Of a DNA stretch of 64,000 nt, positions 22,138-34,659 are shown one piece after another. Numbering within the stretch: the first letter of the stretch is position 1; every line of letters starts with the position of its first letter. The stretch spans positions 1-64,000 of the forward strand of contig QPGO01000068.1 of assembly GCA_008632985.1 (NCBI GenBank), written 5' to 3'. The DNA comes from Psammoneis japonica (Eukaryota). Below the pieces are notes generated by a model. It was not told where the DNA came from and searched no databases. It was given only the letters and a program-made list of their open reading frames with translations. A program made the position numbers and the translations under genes.

Positions 22138-22641
22138 GATCTTTGCGCGACCTGTGCGAAGAGCCAGTCGTTACTCAAGTTCAAAGTGAACCTTCAGGAT
22201 CGATGAGGGAATACCATCACCTATTTTTGATGTTTGTCTAGGAACTCTTACAATCCTGGTTCGAAGACTTGCTTCCCCATCATCGCGCCTCCAGCATCCG
22301 CCATGTTTGGTTCGATGTTCGATGAGACTTTTTATTTTAGTCCGCGGCTCGCTCTCAATCACGAGGTCGCTTTTCGGAGAGCGCGAAGTCCAACTTGAAG
22401 ATTGAAGTCACAACATGAAAAACCGTTAAGCTATTTATTGAAGCTTTATTATTTATATTTATATTTAAATACGATATGATGAAAGGAACAAGATTTCAGT
22501 CACAAAACTCGCCCAAAAGAGAATTCTCGATCGACCACAAAACAAAACAGCGAAGCTCCTTCTTCGCTTCTTTCCCAAAAGCAAATGTTTTCATACATTA
22601 TACCAGAGACCATAGATACGAAAGTTCCAAAAAGCGAAACG

Positions 22642-24279
22642 ATGAATCTTACCGCGGTGATGTTCTTGGTGATTGCAATCACCACGCATTCTGCATTGTG
22701 CAGTGACGTTTTGGTTGATCAGCTTGAACAAGCAGCAAATCTGCACCGAGATGAGCTAGACTTGCCAAACTCATTTTCTCCAAAGGCGAGGTCTGCTATC
22801 AGAGCTGCGTATCATCCCTCGGTGACTCCACGTTCTTTAATCGAGCGTCGCATGAGTTTCGAAGTTGGAAAATGGGAAAAGATTGGGGCAAACATCAAGA
22901 CAGAGAGTTATTCCGTGGCAATGTCAAAAAATGGCAAGTACGTTGCAGTTGGCATTCCCGGACCCGTCGGTGGAGTTGGAGAAGCTCGTGTTTACGCGCA
23001 AGATGGTAAGACGTGGAAACAAGTGGGTGATTCTGTACGCGGTGATAATCCTGGTGATTGGCTCGGTCATAAGGTGATCCTGTCCGAAGATGGTTTGGTG
23101 CTTGCAGTTGCTGCGTCAAATGCTCACGGTGTTGGGAAACGCCCAAGCTACGTGCGGGTGTACAGATGGAACGGCAAAGAATGGAGACAAATCGGAAATG
23201 ACATTGAAGGTCGGACTACATTCAGTAACATTGGCTTCAACCTCTCCATGTCCAATGATGCTAAACGCATAGTCATTGGAGGAAGCCGAACAAATCCTGA
23301 TTATGTTCGTGTTTTCCAGTGGGACGAAGTGTCTCAGACATACAGTCAAATGGGACTAGAAATAAAAGGAAGCGGTGAATTTAGCGTGGGCCTATCCATG
23401 TCGGGCGATGGAAACAGCTTTGTTGTAGGGTCACCGGCGAAGAGTGGATCAAGGGGACAGGTTCAAGTCTACAAGTGGAGCGGCTCTTCTTGGGGTCAAC
23501 TTGGTCAGAGCATCGATGGGAAAAGAGGCACAAGCCACTACTTTGGTTGGGCAGTCGCCATTTCTCACTCCGGAGACAGAATTGTCGCGACTGCAATCGA
23601 AGGCTATGCACGTGCTTATGAGCTACGAGATTCTTTGTGGGTACAGAGGGGACGAGATATAGTTGGCGTCGCCAACCACAGGTTTGGCAGGTCGATGGAC
23701 ATGTCAAGTGACGGTAACCGCATGATCATTGGAAACGCTGATAAAGTCCGTACTTATTGGTGGGATGATCACGGAGCTTCATGGAGGCAACTAAGCCAGA
23801 CAATTGACGATTCGGCTGCCTACTGGTTTTGGGAAATGGGCATGTCAACGGATGGCGCTCGAATCGTTACAAAAGGCGCACCGCATCCTGGAAAAGATCT
23901 TCGGGTCTTTGAGTTCGTCCCGGGCGATGAAAGGCCTGTTCTTAAAGTATCAGTGGATATACAACCTCTCAGGAGACCCAAACTGCTCAAGCTGAGTAAA
24001 CACAAAAAAGTAATTGTTGCACTTCGTGCCACCAAAGGCTTGCCTCTGGCCAACGTGGACGTCAGTACCATACGATTTGGACCTGGCAAAGCAACTCCCG
24101 TACGCAGAGCGCGGGTGAAAGACATCGACAATGATGGTGTCGAAGAGATCAAACTTCGGTTCAAGGTTGAGGACCTAGGTATTGAGGATGCTACGCTAAA
24201 TACTCTCTGTATCACAGCACGGACAACCGATGGCCTCTCTATAATTCGCGGATGTGATTCAGTCAGCGTCACTCCGTAG
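22642..24279 (+). CDS. Secreted beta-propeller (WxQxGxxI repeats) with a small C-terminal DxDxDG-containing domain
   Basis: Signal peptide MNLTAVMFLVIAIT; about 7 repeats of WxQxGxDIxG...G..V.MS.DG; C-terminal VDIQP...TIRFGP...DIDNDG...GCDSV; intronless. Confidence 0.85.
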   Translation: MNLTAVMFLVIAITTHSALCSDVLVDQLEQAANLHRDELDLPNSFSPKARSAIRAAYHPSVTPRSLIERRMSFEVGKWEKIGANIKTESYSVAMSKNGKYVAVGIPGPVGGVGEARVYAQDGKTWKQVGDSVRGDNPGDWLGHKVILSEDGLVLAVAASNAHGVGKRPSYVRVYRWNGKEWRQIGNDIEGRTTFSNIGFNLSMSNDAKRIVIGGSRTNPDYVRVFQWDEVSQTYSQMGLEIKGSGEFSVGLSMSGDGNSFVVGSPAKSGSRGQVQVYKWSGSSWGQLGQSIDGKRGTSHYFGWAVAISHSGDRIVATAIEGYARAYELRDSLWVQRGRDIVGVANHRFGRSMDMSSDGNRMIIGNADKVRTYWWDDHGASWRQLSQTIDDSAAYWFWEMGMSTDGARIVTKGAPHPGKDLRVFEFVPGDERPVLKVSVDIQPLRRPKLLKLSKHKKVIVALRATKGLPLANVDVSTIRFGPGKATPVRRARVKDIDNDGVEEIKLRFKVEDLGIEDATLNTLCITARTTDGLSIIRGCDSVSVTP

Positions 24280-24449
24280 TCTGAATGCTTCGTCGAGACA
24301 GGTAAGCATTGTACCCGCTATTCTGAAACCAAGCCAGAACGGGAGCAAGATTGAGTACAACAGAGAGGCTCCTTAGATATATACATAAAGAACTTACATT
24401 GCAGTAGATCAACAAGGAGTACAGCAACTAGAAGTTCCCTACTATCAAT

Positions 24450-26947
24450 CTATGGTAGTCTCCAAACGAGATTCTTGACAGGTTGAGGACCAACAGATAC
24501 AAAATCAGAAGGCATGGGGACTACTCTTTCCAGCTTGGCTCCTGGTATACCAACTTCTTCAAAGCCTTTCTTGCACATGCGAGCGAACTTGGTCACTGGA
24601 ATGCTTGCGCTGTTCGTTGTGGTCCACAGTAAACCACCTCGTTTCACTAACGGAGCTGCAAGTGCTACCAAACTAGACATATCATTCTTTACGCTCCACC
24701 TCTTCTTTTTCTTGCCAACACTTGTGCTAGGTGGATCCAGAATCACAATATCAAAAAGCTCTCCCCGCTTAGAAAGCCTCGCGAGCCAGTCAAAGCCTGT
24801 TGACACATCGAAAGCAACAACAAAACAGATAAGACAGACCAAAAGCTGCCTTCGGATGCTCAAGTCATTAGTGACTTACAGTCTCCGTATATACAATCGT
24901 GCTTGTCGAAATCAATGCCATTTGCTTTCATTTGCGGCTCTATTCTATCCAACCACTTCTTTTCCAAGTCAAGGCTGACAGTCGATGCTCCGGCAGTTGC
25001 GGCTGCGACGCTGAATGCACCGCAATGTGCAAAACAATTCAACAACCGTGTATCCGCATTACAATTCCTTGCTAACCATGCTCGTTGAGGTCGTTGATCT
25101 AAGAAGATACCGGTGGACAAATCCCGTTCCAGGGATACATGGTAGGTAATCCCGTTCTCTAGCACTGGCAATACATCCGGAGCAGCTTGGCCCTCGAGCA
25201 ACTGGGGTCGCATATCCGTCCGTGACCCCATTGAGCTACGACTCTGATGAGCAGGCAAGTAATAAACTCCAGCAGTGTTTCCGTCATGAATGGAAGGGAG
25301 TGGCCCCCTTGTGGCCTTCTCATCATGCTGTACTAAAAGAAAATTGTCATACCTGTCGACCGTCCAACCAGGAACACCGTCGCCATCGCCATTTATCTCT
25401 CGATACGCGTTTGTGAGTGGATTCTCTTTTAGCTCCGAACGCCCTAAGAAAGACCCCTTTTTATACTCATGGTGGTTTCTCCTGTCAGACAACACGCGAA
25501 TATCATCGGGTAGAGATTTGGTCTCCGTTTGCACAGTGTCATCATGGACAAGGCTCGAAACTGACAATGCGTTGCAGTGTACCAATCTTCGAGAAGCGCG
25601 TCGGTCCAACGGGTTGGCTAGTGGATCACCACGTATTCCATCCAAGAACTGTGCCTGGCATGGTTGGACAACGCTAGTACATGTCGAGAACCGCTCCAAC
25701 AAGGTAAGCGCAACGGTAAGCACAGTGTCATCCCCACGACCCTTTCGAAGTTTGGAAACAATATCCATTTTCACAAGCTCTTTCGGAAAGGTCGGTGCAT
25801 CTTTAGTCTTCGCCTTGGGAGTGAAACACTTCCCGTTTCCTACAACGGCAATATATTTGGCGTAGTCAATATACAAATTGTCGACGTTTTTCTTTGGGCA
25901 AATCACAACGAGCCCCGTGTCGTCGACATTGGTCGCTCCTGCGACGGCAGTCCAAAACTTGCCCCCGCGGATCGGTGCCCCTTCTTCCGCCTTTATATCT
26001 TTGAGCCACGACACAACCGAAGGGCGTGTTGGAGAATCAAAAGAGGCAACACCATCAACATTTTGCTTGTTTGATGGAGCACTACGTCTTTGGGGAGAAG
26101 TTGGTTCGGGAGCTACTCCAAACAATCCCTGAAGACCTCCTTCTGCTTCAAACTCTGCAATCTCTGCCGGCGTCATAGCCTCCAAAATATCCATTTCATT
26201 GAACTCAATCATACCCACGGATCCATCTTCATCTCTCACCTTTAGCCGTGTAGTGTACTGTTGCTCGTCTTCTTCTTCCTCCTTTTCTTCTATCGGTAGA
26301 TCTTCTGCGCCACTTGCTTCTCTCGCCTCAGCTTCTTCGGGAACATTCTTTTTCTTTTTCTTTGCCCCTACATTACCCCCTAAGATCGACCAGCCCGCTG
26401 GCTTGTTGATAACATACGCTACTGAAGCGCTTGTTCCTACCTCGTCTCCCACTCGAACTTGTCCCACAATCTCCGGCTCAACATCTGATACGACCGAATC
26501 ACAGTGTTGAGCTGCTGGGTTTACAAGTCCCAAGCTTCTCGCCAGATAAACGGGGTTATTCTCGTCCACACGAGGATTCACAGGTTCACCATTGTTTCTT
26601 CGCTGAGAGGCATAGACATATTTTTGTTTTGGGGCAACAGCTCGTTTCCGAGTTCTCCTGCTCTTTTTCTTGGGTGCTTCTTGTTGAAACGCCTCTGGAT
26701 TTTTCATCATTTTATCCATCAACTCACGAACAGTAACGTCTTGTGCCTTCTTTTTACTTTTTGCATTCAGGCAACAAGAAGTTGGCGTGATTCCCACTGT
26801 TCTCCATGGCGAATGACGTCTTTTTAACAGAGGACAAAACGTCGGGATTGTACCCGTGCTACTGCTCGAAGCGACAGACAGCGCTAAAAAAAGAAACGAG
26901 AAACCGATAAAACGGGAGGAATGTGAACCTTGGATGCCTTTTCTCAT
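24450..26947 (-). CDS. SAM-dependent RNA methyltransferase (RlmI/RlmK-like) with an N-terminal degenerate pseudouridine-synthase-like region; exons 26947-24880 and 24796-24450
   Basis: PGWTVDRY, STGIFLDQRPQR, LLNCFAHCGAFSV, SLDL, FDIVILDPP; GT-AG intron 24879-24797 gives YGDC|FDWL; N-terminal signal-like peptide. Confidence 0.88.
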
Positions 26948-27149
26948 TTCTCTTCGTTCTTTTTAAATAGTACGGGGTAAATCTCGCTGATGTGGATGTT
27001 GGAAGGTGAGTGGTAGGGTCGGTGAGATGAGCTTTAAGCTGAGATGATGGGTGATTTTGGAATTTGTGAGATTTCAAAGAAACACAAATATATTCAATGG
27101 CTGATGCCGATCGGACGGGTGGAAAGACGTCGCGCTGGCGTCGCCACGC

Positions 27150-29765
27150 ACGCACGCACGCCGGCTCAAAGCAACCAGTCGGGAAGCATGTTCTTGCTTC
27201 TTGCCGTTTCGTTGCATTGTCTCCTTGAACGCATCAAACGAACGCACAGTCGATGTTCCGGTCGGTGTCACTGTCACTCCATGAGTCGATCTGCCAATCA
27301 ACCTGCTGGTCTCTGCCACTTTCACAACAAAAAACAGAGCTTTTTTTGTTCTGCTGCACAGAAAACAAGTGGGAAAACTGGCAGGGAGACTGGTCAGTTG
27401 ACAGGGAGATTGCCTGGTTGGCTGGTCAGTCCCATCAACAGAAAACAAAAAGCATCAATCAGAGAGATGTTTGCCAAAAAAGGTCCTTTTCCAGTCGTGC
27501 TTGTGCCATGTGTTGCTGCTTTTGAGTGCCACCGTTTGCAACAAAGTCAAACTCCTGGCTTCCCTCTTGGCAAAGAAAAGTTCAACGACAGACCCCAGGA
27601 TCAGGGAGCGCTGCTGACAAGCCTTTGGCAAAGAAACTTTGCAGCAAAAGGAGAGTGCTGAAATCTCAACCTCATGCAAGCATGCAGAGCTGGTTGATTT
27701 GGCACTGGAAGTTGTGAGCATCAGCATCTTTCACAAACGCAGAGGGAGCACTGGCAATGGGTGCAACGGTCTTTGCCACAACATCAACCAAGCTGGGGTG
27801 AGAGCTCCAACTGGAGTGCCATCTGTGTTTCAACCACAAGCATGCCACAGCCAAGCAAAACTTTGGACAGAGCTGTTGAATTTGCTTGACTCTTGTCACT
27901 CCCCATCCATGGTCATGTGGAGTTTGCAGAAGTTGTGCAGTGTCTTTTGCAACAGAAAATCTCACAACCAAGCTGATTTCCCATGCAGCAAACATTGATG
28001 ATGTTGGTTGATGCCAGCCATGGAACAGGAAACAATGTCTCAAAACATGGGCCAACCGTTGATGGCAACATTGACAAAATGGCAAGGAGATTCCTCAGCC
28101 TGCCTTGTGGAATCATCTTGTGTGACAAAGCATCAAACATCAAACCACAGTGCAAATGTGCAAGCCAACAAAGATGTGCTTCCTGCACTTCCAAAAACTC
28201 TGTCAAGAAAAGAGTTTCAGATGCCCCTCATGCAGAGGGTGCCAGTGATGGGTGGGCCACTGCATCCACAGTTGCTTTGCTCATGCTCTGTCCATGGACA
28301 GAGTGGCGATGACATGTCGACTGATGCCACAACCAAACATCCCACACACAGAAAACAACTGACTGCTTGCTCTTCCCCTGGGCATGAAGAGGTGGTGGAG
28401 TCCTGAACCACCAAGTTCCCAAAGCTGTCTGTTTTGAAGAACTCCAAGACTGTGCCTCATCATGCCACCTGCACATGCTGAGTGAACCGGGGAGGTCAAA
28501 GAACATGCCCATGACAAGGGACGAGCAACAGAGCCTGCCCAAGGTTTGTTGATTGTTTGCAAACAATGCACTTTTCAACCTTTGCACAGGGAGAGAGCAG
28601 CTCTTCTGAAGCTCCAGATGAAGGTGGGTGGCTTGGTGGGCACTTTCCCCAAAGTGCGTGGTGCTCCTGCTCAGGACTTTGTTGTTTTGGTCCTTTCACA
28701 AAGAAACATCATGGTCTCAGGAAGAGGAGCTACAATGGCAACTTGAAGCACTGGGTGAGCCTTGCAGGGAAGAACCAGCCTCACAAGAAGGGCAAGCCTT
28801 GCCATGGTGAAGTGGCACAAGGCACAATTTGCGCAATGTGGGCCAGCCAACATGCAGCATGCACCCATGCTGGCCAACTCAGCAAGCTCATGCATTGGCC
28901 TCTGGCATGTGGCACAGTGCAGCACTGTTCACATGCACCTGGGAAGCATGATCCAGAGCCAAGAAGGGTGCGGCTCTTTGATTCAGGTGAGTTCAGAGGA
29001 GTGCTGGGTGCATCGTCAGTGCAGCCTGTCATGATGATGACACATCACTCATGGATGATGCATGACACCCTGATTTTTGCACAATCCACAATGCAAATGG
29101 CAGTGGTTTTGATGTGATGCAAAATCTGAGTGTGTGAACAGGAGCTTGGCAAAAGATTGCCTGTTTGCACGAATCCACTTTTTCTGGAATGAGCTGGTGG
29201 CTGACAACTTTTCACAACAGCAGCACTTCTGCAATGTGTCTGCATTTTTTGTTCCCTGTTGGGTGCACAGTGCGCACAGCAATGTTGCTCTTGTGCAGCG
29301 TGCAAGGTTGAGAATCTGCAAGAACCAAGGTTGCAACATGTTGGTGGGGCCGACACCAACTGCGAAGTGCTGGCCATGAAGAAGTGGGCTCAGCCACTCC
29401 TCTTCAGAACCAGCCAAAACACCACTCCTCCTCTCCCACCCCAACCACCTTGGACCACTGCCACATCCTCTCAAAACCCTTCTGCACTCACTGCTGCCTG
29501 CTCTCATTTGCTCCAACCACCCCAAGGCGGCCTCTTCCCCCTTCTTGCTCTCTCGCCACCTGGAAGTGAGTCTCCTCCTCCTCCCTCTTCGGCACTGCCT
29601 GTCGTGCTGCAACAGCACCTTCCCAGTGGGGCCTCCAAAGCCTCAGCTGCACCATCACCAATGCACTCTAGAGCAGCAAAGCTCTCCCGCTGCACTCAAA
29701 AACTTGATTCCAAACTCTCTGGCTGTCCCATCCGCCACCCAACCCGCACATACAGTCAACCACCC
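27150..29765. mobile_element. TpA/CpG-depleted degenerate insertion between two divergently transcribed genes; family not identified
   Basis: Abrupt compositional switch at both ends; no credible protein; separates the MTase start (26947, -) from the helicase start (29910, +). Confidence 0.5.
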
Positions 29766-29909
29766 CCCGGATAGATGCGTGGCGCGCGACTTCGTCACTA
29801 AAACTTTGGTTTTGAGTGAACAAAAAAACGCAAGTGTGTTTGCCGATGATGATGGACATTCGAACACCCGTCCAAGACTGTATCGTGTAGTTTCGTATTA
29901 TTTGGTTGA

Positions 29910-32900
29910 ATGTCACAAGATAACTTCACGTCCGCGTATAGAAGGACTCATAACGGGGGGCGCAAGTTCATCGGAGGAGCGGCTGCTGCTCGATTGAATG
30001 CCAAGAAGAGAGCCAAGGCCACACGGATATTGCGACCGGACGAGGTTTTAAGGTCAAGGGAAACACTACCAGCGTCCTTGAATGCATTTGAGAGATTTTT
30101 CGCTGGTATCCTTCGGTCTGAACCTGCTGAGTATACAAGGGGGGAAGACAAAGAAGTATGGAGAGTGATGTGCAAACGCCTCGGGCTGCCGGTTCCAGCT
30201 GAACCTCTTCCGGACTCCTACGACAGGCCAAGAGATCATTTTGCAAATCGCGCTTCGTTGGTGATAGAAGAATCGAGACAGGCTGTGGCAGATGGTCTGA
30301 GTTTGCTGGCAAAGCACTATCGAGGTAGGGGGCAGAGACAACGACGAAAAGGTGGAAACAAACCTGATGACGTTTCTTCGTGGCAGACTCTTGTGTCCAT
30401 GCAATTGGTCTTGTCCGGCATGGAGCATAAGAAATCTGGACATTCCATACTAACATATCACAAAGAAAATGGTGCTTTCACGAGGGATGAAATGCTTTCG
30501 CTTCGTCACGGTACAGTTATGGCTTGTCTGAATGAAGAGCTGTCACCGACAATCGAGAATGCTGTCCTTGGAACCGTTGTACCACAAAGTCGGGACGAAA
30601 TGATCGAATCACACTCCTTCTCTGTCATGGTATTCAAGTTAATGAAGAAGACGGTGGACGAGAAATGGAATCTGACTGCCATTACTTCGCTGCTTTCTGA
30701 GCAGAGAAGATTAGAAGCATGTACAACCCAAATGTCCACTCCTGTGCCCTTTTTGTTCCATCTTCTTGGTGGAAAGAAGTCAACACATTTTCGTTTCCAC
30801 GAAGACGATGATGGAATGACACACGCCGTGAAAGCCGAAGATCGGACGTCTCATGACCATGACATGCCAGAGATCATAGACTTGGATTCTACCTTTTGCC
30901 TGCCTCGTTTGAATACAATGCAGGATGAAGCTGCGAATTCTTTTCTTGCATCAAAAGATGAAACGATTACACTTGTTCAAGGTCCACCTGGTACAGGGAA
31001 AACGACGTTGTTAACCTCTGTGATATGCCGCTATATCATGGAGTCCCAAAACCTGGAACACGTCAAACGATGCCTTATGGTATGTGCCCCAACCAACAAA
31101 GCAATAACTGTGCTTTGCAGCAGGTTTTTGGATTCCTTCGTCGACGAATCGTTTCCCTGTAACGCAGTCTTAATAGGAGACGATGACAAACTACTCGAAG
31201 ACGAGCGTGAAAGCACAAGAAATGGTAGAGGATCTCCGTCCAAACTTCGGAGCATCTTTCTCTACACGTACATCGATACCGTCGAATCTGACTACTTGTA
31301 CACAAAGAGAACTTTGATGAGGTGGGATCAGAAGAGCAAGCCTGTCTTGCAGCGACTACTGAAGATTGCACGGCGTCTAAAGAACCGACTGGACAGAACA
31401 ATCTCCGATCCACAAGTACTTGAGAGGGCATCGAGAATCGTAACACTGTTGGGCGACTTGCTAAGTCCAGAAAGGGGCATTCGACGTGTTGAGCTCCTCG
31501 ATGCACTGGACTTTGTCCTCCACGCCATTGCAGGATGGAAGCGTGAGAGCATCTGGCAAGAGATTCTCCAGAATGCGGATGTCATATTTTGCACCCTAGC
31601 CAGTGCGGGGGCTTCTATCCTGAAAAAAGCTGTCAATGACGTCGATGATCTCATCGTCGACGAAGCTGCTGCAGCCACAGAACCAGAAATGTATATTCCT
31701 TTTCAGTATCGTCCTAAGCGATTGCTGGCAGTTGGTGATCCTAAACAGTTACCTGCAACCATAACAAGTCGCATCGCACAGGAGCTTGGACTATCCAAGA
31801 GCCTGCACGAAAGACTTATGTACGGATGCGGACATGATCACATAATGCTCGACACGCAGTATCGAATGTCACCAGCGTTGAGTCAGTTTCCGTCAAAACA
31901 CTTCTACGAAGGGAAATTGATCAATGCTTCGAACGTTGTTTCTGTAAAGTACTCGAACAGTTACAAAATCTTGGGAGCTCCAGTCTACACAGTATACCAG
32001 ATCAATGGCAAAGAAAGGCACGGACGATCAGGATCGATGGAGAACGAGATGGAAGCTCGCGCGGTTGTGCAAATTGTTGAGTGCATGAAACGGGAATCTG
32101 AGAAATGTTCTAGAAACTGGTGTTCAAGTGACCGTCTTCGAATCATAACGTTTTATCAAGCACAGGTGGCACTGATCAAAAGGTTTTTGCGACAGCGAAA
32201 CCTTGGCGACGTTCTTGTAGCAACTGTCGATTCGAGTCAAGGCTGTGAAGCTGATTTCGTCATTGTATCCTTTGTCAGGAGTGAAGGACAGTCTGGAAGG
32301 AACTCAGTGGGTTTCCTGACCGACGAACGGCGACTTAATGTTTCAATCACACGAGCAAAATACCAGATAGTTTGTGTTGGAAATATACATCGGATGTCAG
32401 AACTGCCAGACGGGAGGGCAGACACCGTCAAGAATCTCGCACTGGATGCAATTGAGAGAGAGGCCGTCTTTTCATTTCCTCTCAATGGACTACCAAGTAG
32501 TATGCACGGGATTGAATTGATCAACGGGAACATAAAGGCTGAGCCAGTAGAGAGTACCGCTCCACCCATGGACAACGTCCCAACACGCAAACGACGGATT
32601 GATGCAAATGTCGATTCTCGAGAGCAGAAGCCTAATGCTCGACGTCCTCGATCGATAGAAATGTTCACAGCCAAAAAAGACGATGGTTACCTGGAGAGGA
32701 AAAAGAGAACAATCTCAAGGTCTGGGAGTAGCAGCAGTCAGCAGAGCAGCAGTGATAGTAGCGGTAGCAGTAGTATATCCGGAGACTCCTCCGATTCGGA
32801 TAGTAGCGGTAGCGATGAATCATGCACGGTTGCCTCGAGAGATAAGAGCACCACCTCGGACTCATCACATGGAAAAGTAGTGGAAGAATTGATGCCCCTT

Positions 32901-33041
32901 GATCCTCCCGCAACTGATACAAGTCGGATGCTGGAATTGGAAGACCCCGTCGATGCCAATCAATCTGACTCGAAAGCTAGGCCAGATGCCCCAGGGAATC
33001 ATATGTCGGGCGAACCGCCGTGCGTCCACGCAGGAAACTAG
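29910..33041 (+). CDS. SF1 helicase, Upf1/Sen1(senataxin)-like
   Basis: QGPPGTGKT, CAPTNKA, DEAA, GDPKQL, QYRM, TFYQAQ, TVDSSQGCE, RRLNVSITRAK; Ser-rich tail. Confidence 0.92.
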   Translation: MSQDNFTSAYRRTHNGGRKFIGGAAAARLNAKKRAKATRILRPDEVLRSRETLPASLNAFERFFAGILRSEPAEYTRGEDKEVWRVMCKRLGLPVPAEPLPDSYDRPRDHFANRASLVIEESRQAVADGLSLLAKHYRGRGQRQRRKGGNKPDDVSSWQTLVSMQLVLSGMEHKKSGHSILTYHKENGAFTRDEMLSLRHGTVMACLNEELSPTIENAVLGTVVPQSRDEMIESHSFSVMVFKLMKKTVDEKWNLTAITSLLSEQRRLEACTTQMSTPVPFLFHLLGGKKSTHFRFHEDDDGMTHAVKAEDRTSHDHDMPEIIDLDSTFCLPRLNTMQDEAANSFLASKDETITLVQGPPGTGKTTLLTSVICRYIMESQNLEHVKRCLMVCAPTNKAITVLCSRFLDSFVDESFPCNAVLIGDDDKLLEDERESTRNGRGSPSKLRSIFLYTYIDTVESDYLYTKRTLMRWDQKSKPVLQRLLKIARRLKNRLDRTISDPQVLERASRIVTLLGDLLSPERGIRRVELLDALDFVLHAIAGWKRESIWQEILQNADVIFCTLASAGASILKKAVNDVDDLIVDEAAAATEPEMYIPFQYRPKRLLAVGDPKQLPATITSRIAQELGLSKSLHERLMYGCGHDHIMLDTQYRMSPALSQFPSKHFYEGKLINASNVVSVKYSNSYKILGAPVYTVYQINGKERHGRSGSMENEMEARAVVQIVECMKRESEKCSRNWCSSDRLRIITFYQAQVALIKRFLRQRNLGDVLVATVDSSQGCEADFVIVSFVRSEGQSGRNSVGFLTDERRLNVSITRAKYQIVCVGNIHRMSELPDGRADTVKNLALDAIEREAVFSFPLNGLPSSMHGIELINGNIKAEPVESTAPPMDNVPTRKRRIDANVDSREQKPNARRPRSIEMFTAKKDDGYLERKKRTISRSGSSSSQQSSSDSSGSSSISGDSSDSDSSGSDESCTVASRDKSTTSDSSHGKVVEELMPLDPPATDTSRMLELEDPVDANQSDSKARPDAPGNHMSGEPPCVHAGN

Positions 33042-34659
33042 CTGTCTCTCCTCATCACCGGACGGGATTGAAAAAATGGGGACGACGAACCCGAGGGCTC
33101 CCATCCGACCTTCAGAAGTGATTGTACTATCTTCTTCTGAGAATAGCGAAGCGGAGGCGTAGCCGCTCGTGATGGATGCCCGAGCTGTTCGGTAGAGCTA
33201 TGCCACAGTAATGGCGAAGATGTGCATTGATCTACGCAGCAAAGACAACTTAGGATGCAGGTACGGTACAATAAGACTACTCTAGTTGTTTGCATGTAAG
33301 TTCCTGTACCCGCGCTTCTGGTCTACTCCCCTCGTCTTTACACGTCTCCTCTGGAGCATCCCTTTTCACTCTTCAAGAGACTCTCTAGAGGGTTGCCGGG
33401 ATTTGTCTTTGATGTTTCGCGGGCCTTGTCAACTGACGGGGTCGTCCCTGCCTGCGGCTGTTCAGGAAGCTCAGGAAGGCCACTTCCCGCGCCATTCGAT
33501 GTTCGCGCCATGTTCGTGCTTGTTTTTGGCTGGAGACTGCCTGACCATGCAAAGCTCTTCTGATGCAACACCATCGACTTTCTCGTGGTAAAAAAATCCT
33601 TGCGACTGTTGACGTGCTGAGGTCAAATGAAGACTGGCAAGTTGAACACTGGAGCAAAATGGGCAGGAAAAACTTTGCAGAGTCTTCTGCATCTGCATCA
33701 TCAAGTGACTCTGTGATCTGCAAACAGCAGGACAAGAAGCAGGCACACAAATGTGCTGCAACACAGCAGAATGACTGAGTCCCTGCCACTCTCACTCTCC
33801 ATTGTTGAGATTCCACAAGTCCTGATGAATCTTGTCCATTCCAGGTGCAGAGTGTTGATGATCGTGAAGAATGGGAAGGTTCCTCAGATGACATTGCTGC
33901 CAACATTGATGTCCTGAACTCTCACCTCAACCCTCTCATCACAGTCCTCCATGCAAAGCAGTGCAGAAGCAAGTTGTTGACTGCAATGAGCAAAAGCATG
34001 AACACACACGGAACTCCCCCAAACATCCATGAAATGGCCATGATCATGGTCATGCTGGAAACCGGCATTGCAAAAGACAAGGCAGATTGTCCAGAAAGGT
34101 TTGAGATTGTTGGTGATGCCAGCGCTGGGGCAAGGCAGTGGAGGACAACCAAGGAAGCAAAAGGGCAGCCATGGAGGATGGTTGACAAAGGGACTGGGAA
34201 GGCACCATTGGCTGGTGGAGTGGGAGAAGCGTGCATGTGAGCACTGCATGAAAATCATCGTGCCAACAACAAAGCACACCCAGACTGCTTCAGCTTCCAA
34301 GAAGCTCTTGCCATGCCAGCAAGCAAAAAGACAGGGAAGCAAAAAGCTGTCATTTTGCCACTGGAAACTTTCAACTTGGTGGCAAACATCCCTGAAACCA
34401 ACATGGAGGAAGTTTGGCAGCTTTGTCTTGTGAGTGCAAAAACAGTGTGCTCAGTTTGCAAACTGTGCGCAATGAAAGTGTTGAAAAACAATGAAGACAA
34501 CATGTCATTTGTCATGACAGCACTGCTTCACAAGAAAACATGCTTTCAAACCCCACAAGCATCACATGACAAGTTGTGCAACATTGCAAAATGTGTTTTG
34601 ACACATGCAAAGTTTTTGCCCTCCTTTGTCACAAGAAAGCAGGGAGCCAGAGTCACACG

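Noticed and set aside
27138..29786. CGCCACGCA / TGCGTGGCG as terminal inverted repeats and CCGG as a TSD of the 2.6-kb island
   Set aside because: Only 9 bp in GC-rich promoter-like DNA, and most of the left motif also occurs in the duplicated promoter at about 35385; insufficient to define element ends
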